DNA of 64,000 nt from Octopus sinensis (GCF_006345805.1 NC_043002.1:75888001-75952000), one strand, 5' to 3'. Positions 49,191 through 62,147 are shown, numbered from the stretch's first letter. A program made the numbers and translations. The notes: generated from the sequence alone by a model not told the origin.

Positions 49191-49221
<31 letters not shown>

Positions 49222-49614
49222 CACACACAACACATATATACCTCTGTCAGTGGATGGTACGGCCCGAAGCTATAGATTCAGCTCTTATTTGCCGTAACAT
49301 TATTGCTTCGATATAGCTGAGTTATGCATTTGAATATGTTTGCAAATATGCTTTTCTTCAAATGATCTCCAACAAATTTTGTTTTTATAAGGTTTGATAT
49401 TCTTCTACATCCAGTACTACAATCTTCTTTGATTACAAAGCTATTTCCACGGTGAATATATACCTATATTCAATTATGTTGATTAATATGTTATTGGTAT
49501 GAATTTCAAAGACCTGAATGTGGTGAATATTCTCAGCCAGCGTTCACCATATCTTGAACATAATTATCCAAAGCAGTGAACTTTTATACTGTACAGTATT
49601 TCTTATTTACTTCC

Positions 49615-49935
49615 ATTGTGGTTAGAGCGTCGAGCTTATGATCATGAGGTTGCGAGTTCGATTCCCGGACCGGGCAGCGTGTTGTGTTCTTGAGCAAGAC
49701 ATTTTATTTCACGTTGCTCCAGTTAACTGAGCTGTAGAAATGAGTTGCGACATCACTGGTACCAAGCTGTATCGGCCTTGGCCTTTCCCTTGGATGACAT
49801 CGGTGGTGTGGAGAGGGGAGGCTGGTATGCATGGGCGACTACTGGCCTTCCATAAACAACCTTGCCCGGACTTGTACCTTGGAGTGTAACTTTCTAGGTG
49901 CAATCCCACGGTCATTCCTGACCGAAAGTGGCTTC
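49615..49935 (+). mobile_element. tRNA-derived SINE family D
   Basis: GTGGTTAGAGCG...GAGTTCGATTCCC head and TGTTGTGTTCTTGAGCAAGACA central block. A reverse partial copy is at ~30470-30662. Confidence 0.75.
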
Positions 49936-51289
49936 CCATTTGTGTCCAAAACCTATATCTTTAAAAAGTCTAAGCTGGAAGATTTGACGTCAGTCAAATA
50001 AAATGGTTGCCATGAACATAGCTCAGAATATATTAAGTGCGGGAGCATTTGTTCTTATTTTGCAGTAACACTCTGTTATGATATAGTAGAGAATGTGTAC
50101 CGCTAGCATAGTTATGCTTTTGGAGACCTTAGATTAACAATGGATTATCATGTGTTAGGTTTCTATTAATATCATCTTAATTTTCTAACTTGACTGCTCT
50201 TATAAGTAGGGAACAATATACCTTCGTTGCTTTGTAAACATTGTCAAAATGCCGAAAACTGGGTTTTGAGAGCCACTCGTATCAAATTCCCAATAGCGAA
50301 CAGTTAATTCACTTTCTTGTATTTTATTTCTCTGGAATTTTACGAAGACAGTGTGTGTGTGAGATGAGTCAACCGTTTGAACCAATCATCTGTTTCCATG
50401 ACAGTGGAGCATATATTGACTTCTTTAGTAAAACATTCTCCTAGGATCTATGATCAAAGATTTATCTTCTAGCTACAGGGCACATAATCAAACGTCCAAT
50501 TGACGTATCCTAATAACACATTGTAAACATGAAACAAAATCCTAACTCGATTTTTAAGATTCAGAAAATGTCTTTATGCACCACAATTTTCATGTGAATG
50601 ATAGCAATTGCATGAAGAATGCAACTGTGGGCAGCTTAAAAACATATCTCAAAAACCAATTTCCCTTATGATAAACGTGGTTTCTTTCTCATAATATATA
50701 ATTGTCATATGACAATAGTTGCGTGTATGTTGCTGGTAGCAGAATATTTTAGCATTATCTTTATTCTAATAGCTTCTCTAGATTTTTTCCTGTGCTCCCC
50801 TCAACATCGATGAAATATAGAAAAATAAGCATTTAAATAACTAGATTTCTGGTTCAACCTTCAGTTAATTGGCATCCAGCTTTCAGATTGGTGTGCAATC
50901 ATAACTGTTCGATTGTCGATTTGAAGGAAGTACACTTAGGTATTTTGTCACTGTTTACTTATCAGGAATCTGGTTACAAAAAGTATATCATGCAATGATA
51001 GATCGATAAATCGGTCTGAGAGTCGATCACCTTTCGGCTTACTTGTAGCTATCGTCTCGAGGAGCCGCCAGATTCAGTATAAACCAAGAAACTTCTGTGC
51101 AGTAGCTCTGATCAGCTAAAACGTGCAGCCAAAGTTCTTCAAATCGCATCCTACTGTCTTAGACATAGAGACGGATTAGTTATAGATGAAACGCCTACGA
51201 TCTAAGGAAAAATTACAAAGGAGAACTAACAACAGCAACGATAGTTACTTTAAGGGAGACGATTAGGAATAATAATGTGGCTTTCAAAT

Positions 51290-51460
51290 TCTGGCTCAAG
51301 GCCAGCAATTTTGGGTGACGGCGTGAGTCGATTACGTCGATCTCAGTGCTCAGCTTGAAGTTACTTTACTGACCCCGAAAGAATGAAAGACATAGTCGAC
51401 CTCGACGGATTTTGAACGTAGAGCGGCATTTCGTCCGCCGCGGTAACGATTCTGCTATCT
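51290..51460 (-). mobile_element. SINE family B, diverged
   Basis: Reverse-complement match to head and body. Confidence 0.65.
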
Positions 51461-51467
51461 CATCGCC

Positions 51468-51543
<76 letters not shown>

Positions 51544-51545
<2 letters not shown>

Positions 51546-51909
51546 GGGGAGCATCATAACCATGTGTTGATGGGGGAGCATCATAGCCATGTGTTGAGAG
51601 GGATTCTTTGGGGTTTGAATAGTTCACCTCTGGAAACATGGGTGGTTCTTTCAACATCCTTAAACAACCCTTATTCAGGGACCGTTTGAGCGGGATGGGC
51701 TACTCAACCTGAAGAAAATTCTAACTGGGCCCCACCTGCAAGGTCATGTGCTGTTTATCTTGATATGAGATCACCATGTCGCGCACATATGGTTGTGATG
51801 CATGTGGCTGGTGTACCTTTATCAACGGATAGTCATGATGGGTATATTGGGCTTCGTATATTTTACCCCAGTGTCACTTTGATGGCATGAACTGCTCTCT
51901 CACTCTCAC

Positions 51910-51910
<1 letters not shown>
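51544..51910. mobile_element. Short interspersed element embedded in (AAT)n
   Basis: Non-coding ~365-bp segment with (AAT)n on both sides and a 27-nt tandem duplication at its left end. Confidence 0.55.
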
Positions 51911-51972
<62 letters not shown>

Positions 51973-52066
51973 CAACAACAACAACAACAACAACAACTAT
52001 ATGACAAAGTACCAAACCGCCACACTATGTTGTTAGTTCGGTATATTTGCAAAGCTAAGACAATTC

Positions 52067-52247
52067 ATTATTTACATTATTCACATTTGACAGATATTTG
52101 TCCTCACCTTGTTTGTTGTTAACACAACGTTTCGGCTGATATACCCTCCAGGCCAATGAAGGCTGGAGGGTATATCAGGCGAAACGTTGTGTTAACAACA
52201 AACAAGATGAGGACAAATATCCGTCAAATGTGAATAATATAAATAAT
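52067..52247. repeat. 181-bp palindrome of a hammerhead-bearing pLTR-like segment
   Basis: 85-bp arms match at 81/85 positions. Each arm carries stem II-GAAAC-GUU; the centre reads ccaATGAAggctg. Confidence 0.85.
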
Positions 52248-52254
52248 ATACATA

Positions 52255-52297
<43 letters not shown>

Positions 52298-52375
52298 CTA
52301 TCTATCTATCTATCTATCCTATCATCTATCTATCTATCTATCTATCGCGCTTCTCTCTCTCTCTCTCACTGCATA

Positions 52376-52404
<29 letters not shown>

Positions 52405-52408
<4 letters not shown>

Positions 52409-52810
52409 ATATCTTCTTCCATTCTCTACGGCCATGCTGCAGCATCACCTTGAATCAATCGACTCCAGTGCTTATTTTTTAAACCTGGTACTTATCCTAT
52501 CCGTTATGATACGGTGACCGCTAAGTTACGAGGGACGTAAACACACCAGCTCCCGTTATGAAGTAGTGATGGTGGAGGGAACAAACAGAGACATAAAGAC
52601 ACTCAGTTATAAATATATACATACATATATATGTATATATATATGCACCCACACGACAGGCTTCTTTCAGTTTCTGTCTACCATATCAACTCACAGGGAT
52701 TTGGTCGGCCCGAGACTATAGTAGAAGATTCTTGCCCAAGGTGGCATGCAGTGGAATTGAACCTAGAACCATGTGGTTGGGAAGGAAGCTTCTTACCACA
52801 CAACCACATA
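52405..52810 (-). mobile_element. SINE family A, diverged
   Basis: Reverse-complement match. Confidence 0.75.
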
Positions 52811-53246
52811 TATATTGCCGCACTATATTACTGTGTTCTTTCCTATGTAAATCTCAGAAAAGAATGCGAAGTGAACAAAAAGGGAACTTTATGACTTGAC
52901 CCAATTATTAATGATTCTGTTGAACATAAATAGTACAGAATCTAAAATATTACACATGTTTCGACGATGTATAATTATATATATATATACATACACACAC
53001 ACATACATATATATGTGTTTGTGCACAGTTGTTTGTGTGTGAATGTGTATATGTGAATGCGCGCGCATGTGTGCGAGCGTGTAAACCCCTGTTATCACCA
53101 GAGAACTCGAAGAAAGAATCTTTGTAAGATACACCACATACCATTGTTGATTTCAAACTACATATGTAAAATGAGTTGATCTGCAGCTGATTCTATAAGA
53201 AAAGAAAACACGAACAGCGAACGCCAAAACAAAACCCAAAACAAAA

Positions 53247-53295
<49 letters not shown>

Positions 53296-54309
53296 ATATA
53301 TATATATATAAGTATATAAAGAATAAAATAAAATAAACAAAATAAAATTAAAAAAATATAACGGAATGGATTATACATAAAAGAACACAAAACTATATAA
53401 TGTAAAGAAAGAGATCTGTTTACATATAAATTTGTATTTATATTCAGCCAGACAGGAATTTTACATATGTCTAGATTGCAGATATGATTGATAAAGGTGT
53501 CTATAGCACCGAATGAGAAGAGATTTAGCGATAGAGGAAATAACGCCGCATTTATATACATACATGCCTATCCATGCATGAAGATATATTAGTGAGATAC
53601 ATATGAATATCGCTACATATACGTACCAGTGTTGAGGGGGTTTCATTTCTGTTTTTTTTTATTTGTTTTTTTTTGTTGTTTTTTTTTGTTTTTTTGCTTT
53701 TTGTCTGTTGTCTTTGTCTTAATTACTCTACTAACCACGCGCTTACCCAGTTTGATGCTGGATTCTTGTCATGCAAATATCCGTCAGCTTTGTTGAAGAT
53801 GATGGCGATGAGGCAATAAAGATAAACAGAACAATAATAAATACGATAATAAATACATTGATAAAGACGATGAAAATATATATAACGACATCGATGACGA
53901 TAAAAAAAAGACAAAACAAAAAAGAAAGAAAGAAAGAAAAAAAAAGAAAAGAAAGAAATTGCTGAAAACATTAATAAAACCGCCAGAAACAGGATTAGAT
54001 TAATATTTATGTTTATATCCGGAATGCATATTCATTTCTATGAATAAACAATCGATACAAATCAATAAGGTTTGTGTTGACTGGTTACCGCAGTAGAGAG
54101 GAAAGGATTCGTACATCTTCATTTGTGTCCTGTGTAACTTTGAAAACACTCTCTTGAGTGATAGGCCGCTCACATCACCATGTCTAACACTTCATCCATA
54201 GATCCATTTAGTAGAGTTAACTCATTCGCAATCTTTCAGCCAAAGATCTCACTTATTTCCCTTTGCAGTGGTAGGCCTATCATCAGTACAACAATACTTG
54301 ATCCGAATA

Positions 54310-54930
54310 AGGCGGCGAGCCGGCAGAAACGTTAGCACGCCAAGGCGACGAGCTGGCTGAAAAGTTAGCACGCCGGGCGAAATACTTACCGGCATTTCGT
54401 CTGCCGTTACGTTCTGAGTTCAAATTCCATCGAGGTCGACTTTGCCTTTCATACTTTCGGGGTCGATTAAATAAGTACTAGTTACGCACTGGGGTCGATA
54501 TAATCGACTTAATCCGTTTGTCTGTCCTTATTTGTCCTCTCTGTGTTTAGCCCCTTGTGGGTAGTAAAGAAATAGGTATTTCGTCTGCCGCTACGTTCTG
54601 AGTTCAAATTCCACAGAGGTCGACTTTGCCTTTCATCCTTTCAGGGTCGATTAAATAAGTACCAGTTACGCACTGGGGTCGATATCGACTTAATCTGTTT
54701 GTCTGTCCTTGATTGTCCCCTCTGTGTGTAGCCTCTTGTTGGCAGTAAAGAAATAATAAACGTTAGCACGCCGGGCAAAATATTTAGCGGTATATCGTCT
54801 CTCTTTACGTTCTGATTTCAAATTTCACCGAGGTCGACTTTGCCTTTCATTCTTTTGGGGTCGTTAAATTAAATACCAGTTGCGTACTGGGGTTGATCTA
54901 ATCGACTGCCCCCCCCCCCACCCAAAATTT
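54310..54930 (+). mobile_element. SINE family B multimer
   Basis: Duplicated head followed by repeated ~185-bp bodies. Confidence 0.85.
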
Positions 54931-54934
54931 CGTT

Positions 54935-55108
54935 TTCAGTTATTTGACCGCGAGCATGCTGGAGCGCCGCCTTTCGTCGAACAAATCGACCCCAGGAATT
55001 ATTGTAAGCCTAGTACTTAATCTATCGGTCAATTTTGCCGAGCAGGGATGTTACAGGGATGTAAACACATCGGTTGTTAAGCGATGGAGGGGGACAAACA
55101 CAGGCACA

Positions 55109-55172
<64 letters not shown>

Positions 55173-55332
55173 CGACGGGCTTTTTTCCAGTTTCCGTCTA
55201 CCAAATCCACTCACAAGGCTTTGGTGGCCCCGAGGCTATAGTAGAAGGCACTTGCCCAATATGATATGCAGCGGGAATGAACATCCGGAGCCATGTGGTT
55301 GAGAAGTAAGCTTCTTACCACACAGCCACTCC
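54935..55332 (-). mobile_element. SINE family A
   Basis: Reverse-complement match. Confidence 0.85.
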
Positions 55333-56027
55333 GATATAAGTTTAGCCCTAGTTCATATATGGACGGTTACCCGGTTTCCATGCCTCATCAGAGACGAGAT
55401 CAGAAGGCCCACACTGAAGAGGATGCCAGGTCATTGTAGGGTTCAAGGCCAGAAAATTTTGAAGGATGGAACAAGTCAATTACATCGATGCCAGTGCTTA
55501 TGCATTTGGCCGGTATTTTATTTTATCGACTGCGAAGAGATGAAAAGCAAAGTTAACATCAGCAGCTATTGAATTTAGAACGTAAAGCTGGACGAATTGC
55601 CGATAAGCATTGTGTCTGACGTATTAACGATTCCATCTGTCTGTCTGTCTGTCTCTCTCTCTTTGTCTGTCTGTATCTCTGTCTGTCTGTCTCTGTATGT
55701 CTGTGTCTCTGTCTGTCTGTCTGTCTCCCTCAAATCAGCAAAAGATTAATCGAGAAAAAAGCACAAAATTTGCAGAAAACTAACAAATGATGAATGAAAA
55801 ACAGATTCCAACGAAACTGGCAATGGACTGCATGGACAAGGATTATAGCTATTGACATAACACTAAAGGTACTTTAGTTGTTATGACATTGTGAAGGAGA
55901 TTTTCTGATGTTTCGGATGAAGTTTCTTTTTCAGGAAAGAGAAAAACTGATCAAATCTCTCTGAATAAAAACATAAGGACAAAATGGAACCGTAAATAAT
56001 GAATACTTTTGTTTCGATAAACTAAAC

Positions 56028-56211
56028 CAGTTCTCCGCAGCCTTTTTTCACTTGCGGTACACTTATATTTCTTTCAAAATTCGGCGGAACACCTGAATTA
56101 AAAATATAGTTAAAAGTATAGGGGAAAAATTATATTTAGGTTACACAGCAGACACCTAGCATCGTCTCGTGGCACATCAGTGTGCCGCGGCATACCGGTT
56201 GCAGAGCACTG
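56028..56211. mobile_element. hAT (Charlie-like) MITE, second copy
   Basis: Homologous to 13812-13996; 8-bp flanks AACTAAAC/ATCTAAAC (7/8). Confidence 0.75.
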
Positions 56212-56331
56212 ATCTAAACGAAGGTGAGAAAATTGAAAAAGACTACATAAACTAATAATCACTTTTAATCTGACGAAGATACCTGATGAAACCGAAACAT
56301 TACTGGTTATCCTTCAAGATTTAAACTAATC

Positions 56332-56872
56332 CAGTGGTTCTCAAACAAGGTCCATATAACCCGTGGGAATCTATTTAAGATCTTTCTGTTAAAATTTATG
56401 AGAAATAAATTGGTTATATTTAACAATTTCTTATAAAATTGCTAACAATATTTAACATTATATGATTAAGGCAGCAAGCTGGCAGAATCGTTAGCACGCC
56501 GGGCGAAATACTTACCGGCATTTCGTCTGTCTTCATGTTCTGAGTTCAAATTCCGCCGAGGTCGACTTGCCTTTCATCCTTTCGGGGTCGATAAATTAAG
56601 TACTAGTTGCTTACTGGGGTCGATCTAATCGACTGGCCCCCTTCCCAAAATTTCTGGCCTTGTACCTAGAGTAGAAAAGAATAAAATAAGTACAAATTAA
56701 ACATTGGAGTCGATGTAATTGACTTACCCCACTCCCTCGAATTTACTGGCCTTGGGCCAAAATTTGAAACCAATATTATATGATTTTCTAAACAGGGATC
56801 CACCAGAATAGAATAGGAGCGAAAGAGGGTCGATAGCCAAAAAAAAAAAAAAAAAGATGTTGAGAACCTCTG
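56332..56872. mobile_element. hAT-like MITE interrupted by a SINE
   Basis: Termini CAGTGGTTCTCAA and TTGAGAACCTCTG, with a SINE at ~56465-56700 inside. No matching TSD seen. Confidence 0.55.
56465..56700 (+). mobile_element. SINE family B
   Basis: Head, B box and body match. Confidence 0.8.
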
Positions 56873-58014
56873 TTTTAGACTATCTAATATATTTTCTCTT
56901 TTATGATGAGAGGAACCCCATTGGTTGATGGAAAATATGAGCAATTAAACACGGAACTCGCTAATAAGCTATCAAATTAACTATTTAACAAATAGGGGCA
57001 CAGATAAATGTGTATATGTCTCTATTGTATGCAAGTGTGCACGCGTATGCATGTATGTGGTGCTTCCGTGTATATGGGTGTATGTGGGGGCTTCCGTGTG
57101 TGTGTTGTGGTGCTTCCGTGTGTGTGTATGCGTGTGTATGTATGTGCGTGTATGTGTGTGTATATGCGTGTGCATGTGTATGTGAGAGTGATTCGGTCGT
57201 GCATATGTGTGCATATATTTGTGAGTATGCTTCTCTTCGTTTATTTTTGTTTATGCATGTACGTATGCCTAGGTGTATGTGTGATTCCGTGTGTACGGGT
57301 GTCCATATCTACGTGTATGTGCTTCTGTACGTGTATGCATGTATTTGAATATCTGTGATTGTATGTATAGCTGTGAACATCCGTAGATATCAGGCTTCAT
57401 GGGGCGATTATCGGCTCTTGGCTAGCGGAAGCTGTTTTAACCATTTTTACTCACATTTGAAAACGTTTCAATTCATGTAACTAGCTGTTTGTGTTTGGAA
57501 AGCGCATCAAAATCTCAAACGCTATTCTCCCCTCATAATAATAAAATAAAAAGCTTCCAAACTTTTATGCATATCTAGAGAATGCTTCGAGATATCACTG
57601 GAGCGTATAATTCTCCTCAGACTATGTTACCGTCGAGAAAGCTGTATAAAGAAGAAGGAGAAAAAAAGCACTAAGCACAAACAAGATCAATGTGACTAAC
57701 GGGAATGAGGCAAGTTTTCCAAGAAATTCAAGGAAGCGGAAATGAAAATAGATATGAGAACTCTCTAAATGTAATCTCAAATGCATTTGGACAGGAAACG
57801 AAGCAGCTGTTGGTTGTAGAATTATCTATCACCATACACTTCCTAATCTATACAACTTTCTATGAATTATCAACTGTTGACTGACCAATAACATGCGAAT
57901 GAATATTGTTGAACGTAAACTCTAGAACTCCATCACACATACATACAATATGCATATCTATCTATCTATCTATCTATCTATCTGTCTGTCTGTATGTCTG
58001 TCTGTCTATCTATC

Positions 58015-58081
<67 letters not shown>

Positions 58082-58171
58082 ATACATATATATATATATA
58101 TATATCTAACTGTATATGTATTTTAGTATATATATATATATATATATATATATACTCATGTACATATATGT

Positions 58172-58207
<36 letters not shown>

Positions 58208-58405
58208 AAACGTGACATGATGGGCGGAGTGGTGGGGAACAGTGTGCATACTACATATCAGTCAAAATATGTGTGAGAGGCATTTGGACTTGTAAAGACT
58301 TTTCGCTGTAGGTTGTTACAGAGAAAGAATTCTCGCTTAAGACGAAGCTGTTAAAATACCAGAGAAGTAATTTACTGATTTGGGATAAAGGATGATTTGC
58401 TACCG

Positions 58406-58441
<36 letters not shown>

Positions 58442-58444
58442 GTG

Positions 58445-58475
<31 letters not shown>

Positions 58476-58719
58476 ACATATGTGTGTGTGTGTGTCTGTT
58501 GGGGGTGTAAAACAAAACAGATGTTATCTGGTATATTGTTAATTCCATGTTACAAGTGTTTCATTACAGGGTAGAAGCTGCAATGATATACATGTAAAAA
58601 CAATGTAGAGAATCTTCTGTCCGAATTACTTCAGGCAAAGATTAAAAAATAATAAAAATTTTAACTGGATGGTGTTGCAATTTATAGTATTGTATCTGTT
58701 TGTATCTGTTTCTTCTCTC

Positions 58720-59085
58720 CATTCTGTCTTTAGTCGTGTTTTCTGCTGAGGCTCGGTCTGTCTATTGCTATGTGTGTAGCCTCTGTAAAGTGTCGTGTCT
58801 GTACTATGTGTTGATAATACCTTAACCTCTATGCTATTGACCGAGCCTCTATGTTCTGCTTGAGCATGTTGGTAGAGCACTGACAAACCTTCCTCTTCTT
58901 TGAGATCCCGCCAGTGTACACATATACGTTCCCTTATGCTGCGTGCTGTCTCTCCACTGTAGATAGCTGTCATGTTTCTGCACCATCCGTCAGTACATCG
59001 TAAGGTACACACTATATTCCTTACCAACAGTTAACCTGTGGATTCATCCTACGGACAATACAATTGTTCTCCGTATATAGGGACC
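58720..59085 (-). mobile_element. Penelope-like element GIY-YIG endonuclease relic
   Basis: NIVCTLRC...AIYSGETARSIRERICVHWRDLK...SVLYQHAQAEH (ORF 58626..59027), preceded by a Cys-rich NCIVRRMNPQVNCW segment. Confidence 0.8.
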
Positions 59086-60023
59086 TAAGTGATAACGTTT
59101 ATAATAAACGAACAAACGAATGTACTATTGCGAGGCGGTAGTAGGGGTTGGGTGGTGTTGCTGGTGGTAGTGGTGATGGCAGAGATTGGGCATGGTGGAG
59201 GTTGCGTTGGTGGTCGTACTGATGACAGCGTTGGTGGATTTGGTCATAGTGACGACGGTGGTGGTTGTGCCACTGATGTTCATGTTGGTGTTGGTGTTGT
59301 TGGTAATGGTGATATTACTTGCAGCAACACCAATAGAAGCCATTGTGGAGGGGATGATGGCAATAAGTACGATAGCGGTGAACGAAAGATTTATAATAAT
59401 TACTATGTTGATGAAGATGATGATTATTGATGACTGGTGATGATCATGATCATGATGATAAGGAGGTGGACGAGGAGGAAGAGAAGGGAGATGGTAAAGG
59501 GAGAAAGAAGAAACCAACCGCGAAGACGATGGCAGTGATGGTGACCGCGACGGATGACGTCAGAGCAATAATCAATGGTAACGTTACAGACAGATTTCCA
59601 ACAATATTTATTGAAACGAAGTGTAAGCAAACATAATATGGAAATCTTCAGGTTTGTCTACATTTAATGATAAATCATTGCTTTTTCTTTTTATCAATAT
59701 CTGATGGACGTCTCTAGTTACCTTGAAAAAATATCAGCAGCAATAAGAATAAGGATGGATGAAAATGTATATCTACGGCTAGAATATTAATCTATATATA
59801 TATGAATGTATATAAATTACGTATGCTTGTGTGTCTAAGTGCGTATGTGTATATATGTATGCATATATGCATCTATGAATATATATGTATATATATGTAT
59901 ATATATATATATGCATATATATATATATATATATATCTGTATGTATATGTACATACATATTTCTATGTATATTTGTATTTGTATGAATTTATGTGTGCGT
60001 ATGTATGTGTGTGGTGTGTATGT

Positions 60024-60057
<34 letters not shown>

Positions 60058-60159
60058 ATGTATGTATGTATGTATGTATGTATGTATGTATGTATGTATG
60101 TATGTATGTATGTATGTATGTATGTACAAGCGTACATACATACAAACGTGCATATGCAG

Positions 60160-60330
60160 GCGCAGGTGTAGTTGTGTGGTGAGAAGCTTGCTTCCCAAAC
60201 ACATGGTTCTGGGTTCAGTCTTCCACTGCGTGACATCTTGGACAAGTGTCTTCTGCTGTAGCGTCGAGCCGACCAAAGCCTTCAGAGTGGATATGACAGA
60301 TGGAAACTGAAAGAACCCGTCGTATATGTG
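60160..60330 (+). mobile_element. SINE family A, 5' part
   Basis: Head and core match. Confidence 0.75.
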
Positions 60331-60394
60331 TGTGTCTGCTATCATTATATATGTAATATATATGTAAACCTTCAATGTACTTGGCATTCTCTTA

Positions 60395-60827
60395 TTCTTT
60401 TGTTCTATTACTTGTTTCCAGGCATTTGACAGCGGTCATGCTGGAGCAACACCTTTAGTCGAACAAATCGACTCCAGGACTTATTCTTTGTAAGCCTAGT
60501 TCTTATTCTATCGGGCACTTTTGTCGAACCGCTAGGATACGGAGACATAAACACACCAACATCGGTTGTCGGGCAATAGTAGGGGGAAACACTTAGACAT
60601 ACACACAAATATATACACACGTATATATATATATATCTATAATATATATATATATATCGATATATATATATTATATATATATATAAACTTAGATAAACTT
60701 AGATATGTTTCGACCAAAGATTGGTCCAGGCCATGTCTAACTTAATAATAGCACCACCTGATAGGATTATTCGAATGCTGTTTAAGTCAAGTTTTGTTCA
60801 AGTAGTGAGTTCTTGTTGGGTGAGTTG

Positions 60828-60872
<45 letters not shown>

Positions 60873-60928
60873 ATCCAAACAAGAAAGCGCAAAAAAAACA
60901 ACAACGCGAGGACGTGGAACAAATATAT

Positions 60929-60982
<54 letters not shown>

Positions 60983-61125
60983 TATAAACGACGGGCTTCT
61001 TTCGGTTTCCGTCTACCGAATCCACTGACAAGGCTTTGCTCAGTCCGAAGCTATAGTAGAAGACACTATCCCAAGGTGCCACGCAGTGGTACTGAAAACG
61101 GAACCATATGGTTAGGAAGCAAGAC
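60395..61125 (-). mobile_element. SINE family A split by insertions in its internal (TA)n tract
   Basis: Tail at ~60395-60600 and head at ~60980-61125, with unrelated segments at ~60680-60930 between them. Confidence 0.75.
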
Positions 61126-61289
61126 ACTATGACTGCAAAATAAAATACTGTTTCCGTGCAAGCAATTAATTAGGTGACTATTTCCAATGGGATAATATCA
61201 AAACTTGGGTAAATAAGATATTCTTTATTAAACGTAACTAGGAAACATTTGCAATACCACCTCGTATATATGTGAGTGTATATATATAT

Positions 61290-61566
61290 ATTAAAAATTA
61301 AGGGTAGAAATGATATTAGTCAATTAAAACCAGTGGTCTAGCACATTAAAAAGAATCCGAGATTAAAATATTTATATATACCAATTAAGGACTGAGCACG
61401 AAAAGGTGGACAGTCACATGCTAGATATAGACGTCAATCGCCATTCTCCACAAGGATTATGTTCTCAAATAAAAATAAAAATAAAATTCAGCACGACCTA
61501 AAGGAATGGATGAGACAAAAGAAAAATACTAAGTGGAATATTACCTACGTACTGCAGTTTCAGCTA
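61290..61566 (-). repeat. Inverted partial copy of the hammerhead unit
   Basis: Reverse complement of 61682-61952. It starts at a (TA)n tract and ends at ...GTTTCAGCTA, inside ribozyme stem II. Confidence 0.9.
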
Positions 61567-61643
61567 CGTAATAGGTTGTACTTTTTGCATGCGGGACTTC
61601 GGTACCGTTTTTCATCTAGTACAGCATATTATGCTCATAACAA

Positions 61644-61703
61644 CTACGCTGATGAAGCTACAGATATCCTTGTGATATTAATAGCTGAAACTGCAGTACG
61701 TAG
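61644..61703 (+). ncRNA. Type I minimal hammerhead ribozyme, copy 1
   Basis: Stem I CUACG (61644-48) pairs with CGUAG (61699-703). Core CUGAUGA at 61649-55. Stem II AGCUA/UAGCU with an inner AUAUC/GAUAU hairpin. GAAA at 61687-90. Stem III lies within the palindrome ACUGCAGU. Predicted cleavage after GUA at 61698. Confidence 0.9.
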
Positions 61704-62147
61704 GTAATTATTCCACTTAGTATTTTTCTTTTGTCTCATCCATTGCTTTAGGTCGTGCTGAATTTTATTTTTATTTGAGAACATAATCCTTGTGGAGAAT
61801 GGCGATTTGACGTCTATATCTAGCATGTTGACTGTCCACCTTTCGTGCTCAGTCCTTAATTGTATATATAAATATTTTAATCTTCGGATTCTTTTTAATG
61901 CTAGACCACTGGTTTTAATTGACTAATATCAATTTCTACCCTTAATTTTTAAATATGAAATATATGTTCTCAAACCGATAAATTGACTGCTGCTAATTAT
62001 GGCTGCAGCTAGTTTTTTTTTCGATTATCAGCGCGCCAAAAGTAGAGGCATTCGAAAGATACATCCGAACGTAATAAGTTGTACTTTTTGCATGCGGGAC
62101 TTCGGTACCGTTTTTCATCTAGTACAGCATATTATGCTCATAACAGA

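Noticed and set aside
56262-56305. Hammerhead candidate CTGACGA...GAAAC
   Set aside because: Both core halves are present, but stem II is mismatched and no convincing stem I or NUH pairing exists. At best a decayed copy.
58312-58366. Possible plus-strand exon (VVTEKEFSLKTKLLKYQR)
   Set aside because: Weak donor and short pyrimidine tract, an unrecognised peptide, and the opposite strand to the other candidate exon.
59089-59636. G/D/V/T-rich ORFs
   Set aside because: Decayed GGT/GAT microsatellite sequence.
60700-60745. Minus-strand hairpin GACCAA/TTGGTC followed by GAAAC
   Set aside because: The CUGANGA core is absent (only CTG), so it cannot be called a ribozyme.
62030-62041. E2F-like site GCGCGCCAAA in the repeat unit
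   Set aside because: A short motif match alone is not evidence of function.
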